Shown here one piece after another: positions 1 to 9,100 of a stretch of 24,425 nucleotides of DNA (positions are counted from its first letter, which is position 1; every line of letters starts with the position of its first letter). The notes below the pieces were generated by a model. That model made no database searches, was not told the DNA's origin, and saw nothing but the letters and a program-made list of their open reading frames with translations. This stretch comes from a virus (taxonomy: Duplodnaviria > Caudoviricetes): IMG/VR virus record IMGVR_UViG_3300035239_000090, positions 1 to 24,425 of that record; one strand, given 5' to 3'. A program made the translations under genes and the position numbers.

Positions 1-2
1 CA

Positions 3-323
3 ATAACTGTTACTGCCGCTAGTGGTAATTATGTATTTACCGGTAGTGATATGACTAATACTTATAGTAATAGTACACAACCAAGAATCGATGTAAAGCA
101 AGGTGATACTATACAGTTTACAATTAATGCTTCTGGTCATCCATTCTTGATTAAAACATCTCAATCTACCGGAACTAGTAATGTATACAATACTGGAGTA
201 ACTGGTAATGGTACAGACAATGGTTCTATTACATGGAATACTGCTGGTGTACCACTAGGAGCATATTACTATAACTGTGAATATCATTCTTCCATGAATG
301 GAATTATATTCATTAATGCCTAG
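3..323 (+). CDS. C-terminal part of a virion/tail-fibre protein with a cupredoxin (type-1 copper)-like domain; truncated at the 5' end by the window edge
   Basis: The frame stays open upstream of the ATG at 51 back to base 3 (ITVTAASGNYVFTGSD-M). It carries HPF...YYYNCEYHSSMNG (His + C-x2-H-x2-M) and a GDTIQF strand typical of cupredoxin folds. Confidence 0.7.
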   Translation: MTVTAASGNYVFTGSDMTNTYSNSTQPRIDVKQGDTIQFTINASGHPFLIKTSQSTGTSNVYNTGVTGNGTDNGSITWNTAGVPLGAYYYNCEYHSSMNGIIFINA

Positions 324-330
324 ATAAATA
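323..330 (+). promoter_or_regulatory. T4-like late promoter variant GATAAATA
   Basis: 7/8 match to TATAAATA at the gene junction, 22 nt before the ATG at 353. Confidence 0.5.
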
Positions 331-352
331 CTAATGGTATATTATAATTGTT

Positions 353-544
353 ATGGACACATCAAAAATGCGAGAGGAATTCTTAACCCAACTAAAAGAC
401 TACGAGTTCAAAATCAAAAGAGGCGAGGAAGAACTCGCTAAATTGAAAGAATATAAGTTAAAACTTGAGGGTGGGTTAGAAACATTAGACCTATTAGATA
501 AACGAGAGGAAAATGGCAGCGATACCAGTCAACATTCTGATTGA
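353..544 (+). CDS. small coiled-coil hypothetical protein (63 aa)
   Basis: E/K/L-rich heptad-like sequence. It follows a late-promoter box and overlaps the next gene by 32 nt. Confidence 0.7.
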   Translation: MDTSKMREEFLTQLKDYEFKIKRGEEELAKLKEYKLKLEGGLETLDLLDKREENGSDTSQHSD

Positions 545-845
545 TAAAGGAGCAGACTACGGCGTTACTTTCTTTATCACCAACAAAGATGGCACCCCAC
601 TAAACATGTCGGGGTACACTGGTAGTGCTGCAATGAAGCAAAGTTATTCTGCAACTACTTCAGTACCATTTACTTTAGAATTTGTGAATAGAACTGCTGG
701 AGAAATTGCTTTGGCATTAACTGACGTAGAAACTTCTGCTTTAGATAGAAGAAGATACGTATATGATATTGTTCTTATAGATCCTAATGGTCATAAGACC
801 AGAGTCATTATGGGTAATGCTGAAGTAAGTCCTGGAGTTTCTTAA
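513..845 (+). CDS. virion structural protein (Ig-like adaptor type, 110 aa)
   Basis: GAGGA SD upstream. Pattern NILIDKGAD...PLNMSGYTGSAAM...YVYDIVL...RVIMG.AEVSPGV is typical of small conserved phage structural/adaptor proteins. Confidence 0.7.
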   Translation: MAAIPVNILIDKGADYGVTFFITNKDGTPLNMSGYTGSAAMKQSYSATTSVPFTLEFVNRTAGEIALALTDVETSALDRRRYVYDIVLIDPNGHKTRVIMGNAEVSPGVS

Positions 846-1564
846 TGGCGCAGTATAACGTCAGGGTTGGTAATAGTGCATATCGTGTTGGCAAGCAATT
901 GCCAGCGCAGCATACACTTGACGTAAACTATCAGATTCCATCGAAATCGATACAATACTCAAATCTACTTATAGATAGTATTGCATCTCAATTTGATGGC
1001 ACTGCAGATACTTTCAGTATTACTGTCAATGGTGAATCTTACACTCCATTAAACGAAGAGCAAATTTCAATCTCCATTAATAATGTAATTTTAGAACCAA
1101 AGGTTGATTACATTGTATCAAATGATCAGATTGTTTTCAGCACTCCACCTACAGGAGGTTCTGCTTTTTTTGGTATAGCATTTGCTACGACCGCAGATTT
1201 GACCAGAACTCTAAATTATGTTATTGATAGCGGAACATTTCCTCTATCACTTGGTGTAAAAGGTAACATGACTATTGATGTTACTGGGGTCATTGAATCC
1301 TGGACTATTGTTTCTGATACAGTGGGCAATGTTCAGGTTGATATTCAAAAATGTTCTTTTGCAGATTTTCCTAATTTCACTTCTATATGTGGAACCGAGT
1401 TGCCTACAATTGGTGTATTAAATCAATCTACAGGCAGAAAAAATAAAGATGATAACTTAAGTACCTGGAACACCACTGTAAATGCTGGCGACATTTTTCA
1501 ATTTGAATTGAAGCACGCTGTAGACATTACTCGTTTTGTAGTTTCGCTTAAGCTTAAACTATAA
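845..1564 (+). CDS. two-domain virion structural protein (239 aa)
   Basis: TAATG stop/start coupling. The N-domain IDSIASQFDG...ISINNVILEP..DYIVS...IVFSTPP resembles cyanophage baseplate/fibre beta-domains, and the C-domain is beta-rich. Confidence 0.7.
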   Translation: MAQYNVRVGNSAYRVGKQLPAQHTLDVNYQIPSKSIQYSNLLIDSIASQFDGTADTFSITVNGESYTPLNEEQISISINNVILEPKVDYIVSNDQIVFSTPPTGGSAFFGIAFATTADLTRTLNYVIDSGTFPLSLGVKGNMTIDVTGVIESWTIVSDTVGNVQVDIQKCSFADFPNFTSICGTELPTIGVLNQSTGRKNKDDNLSTWNTTVNAGDIFQFELKHAVDITRFVVSLKLKL

Positions 1565-1584
1565 ATAGTATGTGATTATAAATA
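1560..1584 (+). promoter_or_regulatory. tandem T4-like late promoters (TATAAATA at 1560-1567 and 1577-1584)
   Basis: Two perfect TATAAATA boxes, a near-match TATAAACA at 1599-1606, and a GGAGAG SD at 1608-1613 before the ATG at 1619. Confidence 0.85.
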
Positions 1585-1618
1585 AAAATAAATCGAGATA
1601 TAAACACGGAGAGTTTAC

Positions 1619-3028
1619 ATGGCACTGCTAGTAACCGACAACGGTGAAATTGATTCTCTACGTAATCTACTGAATTACAATCAGGAGATTCCTAGAAACT
1701 TAATTCTGAAGTTGTTCACGACCAATACATATCCTAACGAGAGTGATACACCTTCACAGACTGCATATTATGAACCATACACCAATAACAATACGTTAGG
1801 TTATGGCAGCGCACCCGTAACCGGGTATCCCGCTATCATTAATAATAGAACGGATCAAGACTATACCGCTAACTACGGTATTCTTCTTAACGGAAACCGT
1901 TGGACAATTGAAACCCTTTCTTCTGCTGCTGTAACTGTACAAGGCGGTGGAACAACTAGTGAGTATACAATTACTGTTGCTGCGAGCACCGGTATTAAGA
2001 AAGGCGACTATGTAACCGGAGGTTCCGTTGGAACTGGGGCATATGTTGTTGACATTGATGGACTGGAACTTAACTTAAGTGTTAAGAATACAGGAACATT
2101 TTCAAGTCAAAGTTTAGACTTTGGTCAAGGCAGAACGACTGCTTCTTATCCAGAGCAAACCTTTACATTTACTGGCGCTGCTGGTGATGTATATGGTTAC
2201 GAGTTGGTTCGTGCTAATAACATGCCAACTACCATTCACGGCGTATTAGATGCAGGTACTGCTGCTGCTGGTACAACTATCAGTAAGACTGGTATCCGTG
2301 GTACTATCGGCAATAACTATTTCGTTCTTGCCACTTCAACAAATACAACAACTGTAACCGGTAGTGCCGGAGCATTTGATGTTACTGTTGGATCTACCGC
2401 AGGTCTTGCTCCTTATCAACGTGTATCTGGTACTGGCATTGCTGCTGGTGCAAGAATTGTTGGTATTGCAGGCACAACAGTTTACTTGGATAAAGCAAAT
2501 ACTGGCGCTGTTTCTGGCAACGGAGACTTTAAGGTAGAAGTTGGTGAAGATCTAACTGTCGGTATGGCAGTCTCACAGACTGGTACTGCTGGTGTTGTTG
2601 GCGGTGCTCCTAACGGAATTGACGCTGCAACTATTATCACTGGTATTGATCACGATACAGAAGATGTTGATGGAACGGTACACGTTTATCTTAACAACGT
2701 ACTAATCGATAACATCCAACCTTCAAACAACAATGACGAAGTTGAGTTTGACTTTAGTAAAGTAACCGCAACTGCTCATGGTTTGGTAGAAGGAGATACC
2801 GTCTATATCGATCAGGGTACTGCTAACACAACTACCACTGCTGGAACTTACACGGTGTTTAATATCATCGATGCTAATTCGTTCTCAACGACTAAAGCAC
2901 TTGATGGAACTGGATCATTAACTCTTTACAGCGCAATCTTCTTCGCTGAAAGATTTACAAATGGTCCATACGCGATTCAAAACGCTGGTGACCAAATCAA
3001 AGTTACCTTGAACGTCAGCCTCGACTGA
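1619..3028 (+). CDS. virion structural protein (469 aa), probably high-copy; small core domain interrupted by inserted beta-rich modules
   Basis: Thr/Gly/Ala-rich. Core segments are MALLVTDNGE..LILKLFT, YPEQTFTFTG..VYGYELVR and IFFAERFTNGPY.IQN.GDQIKVT. It has its own double promoter and terminator. Confidence 0.75.
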   Translation: MALLVTDNGEIDSLRNLLNYNQEIPRNLILKLFTTNTYPNESDTPSQTAYYEPYTNNNTLGYGSAPVTGYPAIINNRTDQDYTANYGILLNGNRWTIETLSSAAVTVQGGGTTSEYTITVAASTGIKKGDYVTGGSVGTGAYVVDIDGLELNLSVKNTGTFSSQSLDFGQGRTTASYPEQTFTFTGAAGDVYGYELVRANNMPTTIHGVLDAGTAAAGTTISKTGIRGTIGNNYFVLATSTNTTTVTGSAGAFDVTVGSTAGLAPYQRVSGTGIAAGARIVGIAGTTVYLDKANTGAVSGNGDFKVEVGEDLTVGMAVSQTGTAGVVGGAPNGIDAATIITGIDHDTEDVDGTVHVYLNNVLIDNIQPSNNNDEVEFDFSKVTATAHGLVEGDTVYIDQGTANTTTTAGTYTVFNIIDANSFSTTKALDGTGSLTLYSAIFFAERFTNGPYAIQNAGDQIKVTLNVSLD

Positions 3029-3060
3029 TATCCTCAAATTGAGTTGTACATTATGCTATT

Positions 3061-3088
3061 GGGGGGTTGCTTGCGATCCCCCTTTTTT
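3061..3088 (+). terminator. Rho-independent terminator
   Basis: GGGGGGTTG-CTTG-CGATCCCCC stem (two G-U pairs, G(CUUG)C tetraloop) followed by TTTTTT. Confidence 0.85.
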
Positions 3089-3108
3089 ATTGTAGTATGC
3101 TGTCGTAG

Positions 3109-6100
3109 ATGTCATTTTCATATGCTGGTGTAGGTTCTGTATTATTTCGAGGAGGAATTCTCGGAAACATTTCTCACAGCTATAAATCTGTACAACAATC
3201 TTTTTACTTTACTAACACTACTGCTAATGTTACTCTAACTGCTGCGGATTTAAACAGCGGTTATAATGTTTCATATGATGGTAGTTCATTAGCATCATCC
3301 GGAACTGGTGTATCACACGACGGTGGATTTAATGTAGGTTCTCACGTCAGAACTGGATCGGGAGTTGGCGTTGGTTATTCTAACGTTTCCAACAGACTAG
3401 TTGAGTATGATCTAGACCTAACTGGGGTCGAGGAGATTACTTTCCGTTTAGTGATGGGCAATGGGTCTAACGGTGGAGAGAGGCCAGACGGTAATGAAGA
3501 TCTATGGATGAGATTCCTAGATACTAGTCTTTCTACTAATGATGCATCTATAAAACTATTAGACCACATAGAAACTACTTACACGTCTCCCGGAAATAAG
3601 ACAGTTAGTGTCCCGGTAGAGGCAAGAAGAAGTAATCAGAAAATTAGAATTTACCAGACAACATGGTCTGGCACTACTCAATTTGATCACTATGGATTTA
3701 TTTCCATTACTTTAGATCAGACTGTTAGTACTCGTACAGCAACTACGACGTTTGTACCTGGTACAACAAATACATTTGAATACCTAGATTTTGGTGGCGT
3801 ATCAGCAGACTATTGGGTCCTACAAAACTACCAAAATACAGTTCTTTCAACCATACAAAATGATCAGATAATTAATCTGACTGAAACTGGTGGTATCATC
3901 AGTATGGTAGATTATGGTTCACTCACAGAAGTAGAAGCAGTAGGAATATCAGACTGGGGTCTGATCACTGTTTCTTCTGATGTAACACCATTCGGATTCT
4001 TACATTATCAATCACTCACCCAGTGGTCTGTTATCAAGACGTGGGTTGGTTCTGGAACCGTCTGGGAGTTCGGAGGATCTATTTACAGACTGGATGCCCC
4101 ATGGATCGGTTCGGGTACGCTGCGAGCGTCTGGAGAGGCATATGCAGCGTTATCATACAGTTATGAAACGAAGGGTCAACCAACCCTTCGTGGCGCTGCT
4201 GGCACGGTAAGACAACGTGCTTACAATGGGTCTGGATCTATATTCAGTAATAGCTTCCTTGGAGAAGCCGTTGCAAGAACATTCCCAGAAGATATACAAC
4301 CACAAGGTGATGAGCGGAAGACGCTGTTTGCTGTTAGTGGAGATGCACATGTTAGGTTCAGACCAAACTATAATGGTTTTGGAACCTTATTCTCCTTCAG
4401 CACTACCACCTTTAAACAGACATACGATTATGTCGGTGAAGGAACTCTCTTCAATGTTTCTTCCACCCAAGAAGCAGTTGTCTGGGATTACAATAATTCC
4501 AGTATTGATTACTTTACCTATGAGAACTTTGGATCGGTTGCAACACAACCGATTGAATCGATTACACTTCAATCGATTTCCAACGAAACAATTCAGAGTC
4601 TTGCAAACGACAGAATTATTGATCTAGTTGTATCTGGATCTGTTTCTGGAGCATTCCTAGACTTTGGTGCTATCATTCTTGATGGTCAAGATGCTCCCGA
4701 GACTGTTAGACTCGACTGGGGTTATATTGACACCAACCAGACAGACTATCCATTCGGTCTGTTCCCAATCAGTGGTACTGCGAAACAAGTATTTACTCCC
4801 AACTTTATTGGTTCTGGTGTCCTGTTCGCATTTGGCGAAGGACGAGGAAGAACCAAACCAAGATGGATTGCCTATGTTCAGATTGGAATCTTTGGTGCTG
4901 CGAAGACAAACTTTAGTCTTCTTCACAAGGGTTCTGGCAATCTATTCAGCTTCAGTAGCGGAGAAGACAGCAGAGCATATGCATACAGTGGTTCTGGTGC
5001 CCTCTGTGCTTTCTCTGGTGCTGCTGAATCGGTTGGTTCTGACTACCCAGGCACTACAGCGTTACTACCTCTCACAGGCGCTGCCAGAGTTAACTTTACA
5101 CCTAACTGGAATGGTACTGGTGTTGCGACTCTTACAGGTGCATCAGTCGAGAGACAGACTGATCATTACAAAGGATCTGGAACTCTATTCAACTTCGAGA
5201 CTGCTGACGAGTCGATCACATATCATTACAGCAGTACATCCAATACTATCTTCGGATATCGCAACTACGGATCTGTTGCCAGTGCTCCAATTGAATCGAT
5301 TACTCTACAATCGATTGCTAATGAAACCATTGAGAGTCTTAAGGACGACAGAATTATTGATCTAGTTGTATCTGGATCTACTACTGGATCTTATCTAGAT
5401 TATGGTGCCATTATTCTTAATGGTGTAGATGCTCCAGAGACTGTCAGAGAAGATTATGGTTCCATCATGGAATCTATCTCCCGCTATGCGATGGGAGACT
5501 TCCTTGTTGAGGGTGAAGCAGCAACCACCAGAGCACGTACTCATATCGGAACTGGTGGTCTATTTGCCTTTGTTTCTGGTATTGGTAGAACAAAACCAAG
5601 ATGGATTGCCAATATCCAGATTGATGTTACTGGTGAAGGTGATACACCTCGCTCAAGAAGTTTTGTCGGAGATGGTAGTCTATTCAATATTCAGACTGCA
5701 GATGAACGTCGTTCCTATGGTTATCAATCCACCGGAACTCTATATGCAGTTGCTGGTGCCGCTGAAGTCTTTGGTGCCAACCCACCAGATATTACAACAG
5801 ATCTCCAATTCGTTGGATCTGCAGGTATCGCATTCGTTCCTAATTGGAATGGATCTGGTTCTGTTACAATTTCTGGCACAGCACGAGAAAGTGCATCCTT
5901 CGATCATATTGGTAAGGGTGTTCTATACAACTTCCAGACTGCTACTGAAAGAAGAGTATATCATTACAACAGTACATCAATTGATGAGTATGTGCATCTT
6001 GATTACGGACTTGTCGGAGATCCTCCGATTGATTCCTGGATCATCAGTAGTCACTCAACAGTTGTACTCCAGACTATTGCTACAACAAAACTTCTCGATC

Positions 6101-9100
6101 TCACAGAGTCTGCACCGACAGGTTCAAACTACTATGACTATAGACATTTAGAGCAACCATTAGATTCTGGTCTATTCGGTGTTCAAGATGCTCCAGATAT
6201 TACTGATGATTATCAGTATATTCTTGATAGTGCAACAATCTATCCGTTCGGCAAATTACGTCTGGGTCTGGCATCTACAGACACCAAAACCAACTTCACA
6301 CTATTACATGTTGGTAACGCCGAAGGGGCGCAGATTACACTTACTGGTGAAGCTTCCATACGTCTACCAAACGTACACAACGGATCCGGTACATTCTTTG
6401 CGTTTACTGGCACAGCAGAATCTGTCTCGTTCCGTACTCCAGATCGTGAAGGTCTCTTTACGTTTACTGGTTCTCTACAAGAATCCTTTGCACATGCACC
6501 AGCTATTGGTCAAGGTATTGTAAGTATTTCTGGAACTACAGAACCAGAAATACTTACATTCGCAGAGCAACCAGTTGGAGAGATTTATGTTTCTGGTGTA
6601 TCCAGTAACGCATTCACCCCGAACTGGAATGGTTCTGGATCTATATCTACCTTCTCTGGTGCTGCAGAATCCAGTACTGTAAAACTAGTAGATCTATACG
6701 GACTTTACGATTTTGTTGGTACTGCTACCATCAAGTCTACAGTTGCCGAGTCTGGTTTTGTACGTATCAAACTTTCTGGCACTACCGAACCAGAAATTCT
6801 TACGTTTGCAGAGCAACCATTCGGTACTGCTACAATCTTTGGTCAGTCTACATCAAAGTTTGCACAAAACTACATTGGTTTTGGATTCATTTCCACACTG
6901 TCCGGTGCAGCAGAATCTGTTACGTTCAATCCACTGGAGAAAGATTTACTATTCTCTATTACAGGAAGAGCAACAGAATCGTTTACCTTCGGAACTTACG
7001 AAACAGAAGGAAGTATTGTACTTTCGGGTATTGCTGTTGAGACACGCACATTTGCCGATCTTACATCTGGAACAATATCAACATCAGGTATTGCTGATGT
7101 AGCAAATGTAAATGTATATCAAGGAGAAGGTAATATCTTCTCTCGCGGTTTGGTATCAGAGTCTATTACCAAGAGACTTCCTGCATTTACTGCACATCTG
7201 GATTTTGCTGGTGTTGCCGAAGAGAGAGCAACCTTCAGAGAAATATTCTTTGGTTCTCTCTTCAAATTCAATGGTACTTCTGGTCCAGGAGTCCGTACAT
7301 TCGCAGAAGAACCACAAACTCTCGGAAGACTTAATGGCATTGCTGCCACCAGTAGAGCAAGAGACTTTATTGGAACTGGTGCTATCTTCTCTAACGGAAT
7401 TAGTTCCGAAGCGATTACCAGAAAACTTCCCGAGTTCACAGCACATCTCAATGTTACTGGTCTGGCAGAAGAGAGTGCAACATTCAGAGAAGTATTATTC
7501 GGTTCCCTGTTTACATTCAGAGGATCTACTGCTCCAGAAATCCTCACCTTCACAGAGCAATTCTCGGTTGAGATCGATGTTCTTGGAATCGCTGATACTT
7601 CAAGAACAAGAATCTATCTTGGTTCTGGTAGAATCTCTACACTATCAGGTGCCGCAGAAGCAGTTACCTTCAATCCTCTGGAAAAAGATCTGCTCTTCGA
7701 TCTTACCGGCATCGCTGCAGAGAGAAGAACCAATGCGTTTGTCGGCACTGGTCAGATCAAGGTCTATCCAGAAGCAGCAGACATCAGATTCATTCCCAAC
7801 TGGAATGGTTCTGGTACTATTCCAGTCAGTGGTATTGCAGACGAGAGTGTTGCAAGAGACGAAATTGTACGTGTCCTCATCGCAACATTCTCTGGTGCTG
7901 CCGAGTCTGTTACATTCAACCCACTAGAGAAAGATGCACTCTTCTCCTTCACTGGAAGAGCATCTATCAGATCTGCAGTATCTGAAGTTAAGCAAGTTGA
8001 AGTTTCTCTCTTTGCAGAACCAGTTACAGTTCATGTTGTCGTTGTTCCTCCTGCTGGCGAAGGTACTGCAACCATCAGTGGTATTGGTGTCGAGAAATCC
8101 ACAAGAGATTATATCGGTCAGGTTCGTATTGGTACATTCTCTGGTGCAGCAGAATCCTTTACTGTCAATCCTCTGGAGAGACAGCTTCTGTTCTCTGCAA
8201 CTGGTCTTGCGATTCAGAAGGTTACACGTTCTTATGTTGGAACCGGCGATCTTTATGCAATTGGTGGTGCATCAGAATCCAGAGCAGTCGTTCCTCCAAC
8301 AGAGGGTCTTTACGATATCAGCGGCGAAGCAAAAATTGTCATCACTCTTTCACATATTGGTGATGGTAACCTCTTTGGATTTGTATCTGCTCAAGAAGCA
8401 GTTGCATACGACTATGTTGGCGAACAAGTTCTGTTCTCTCTTTCTGGTACTGCAGAAGAATCTATTACAAGAAGAGAAGAATTCTTCGGTTCTATCTTCT
8501 CGTTCTCTGGAGCAGCAGAAAGAGTTGCTTATGTACCAAGTCTCTTCGCAGATGTTAATCTTTCTGGTGTTGCTGCAACTCCAAGAGCAAGAGCATATCA
8601 AGGTTTCGGAAACCTACCACTATTTGGTGGAGCAGCAGAATCCAGAACAATTACTTACGAGAACGTCGCAATCTTCGACTTCCTCGGTCAGGTCAAGCCT
8701 GCTATCACCAAAGCATATATTGGCGAAGCAGAAATCAAAGTTTCTGGCGAAGCACAAGAATCCTTCATCAGAGCACCTTACTTTGGTCAGACAGAAGTTC
8801 AACTATCTGGCACAGCAGCAGAAAGTACAACTGCCAACCCACCAGAAGAAGGAACAGAAATTGCAACCGATGGCGAAGCGAAAGTTCTTCGCTCGTTTGC
8901 ACATCAAGGATCAGGAACAATCAAGGTCAATGGAGATACCATTATTGGTATTTCACTCCGTATCTTTGGTTCTGGTGGTGTTCGGGTTTATGGAAAAGCG
9001 AAAGTCCAAGCACTTCTTTCCCACAAACCAGATGTACATATCTATCTGGAAGGTAAGGCAATCACGGCAAGAATACAGGTTTCGCCTGCGAGAACTTATG

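Noticed and set aside
51-323. Stand-alone plastocyanin (petE) gene starting at the ATG at 51
   Set aside because: The frame is open to the window edge, there is no signal peptide or SD, and the loop spacing is C-x2-H-x2-M. It is better read as the C-terminal domain of a larger structural protein.
3071-3101. Possible sigma70 promoter (TTGCGA...TAGTAT/TATGCT) for the 2001-aa gene
   Set aside because: Weak -10 match with non-optimal spacing, and the -35 candidate is part of the terminator hairpin.
4607-5379. 35-bp exact direct repeat as a CRISPR repeat or att site
   Set aside because: Only two copies, in frame, 738 nt apart within a protein super-repeat. There are no spacers, cas genes or integrase.
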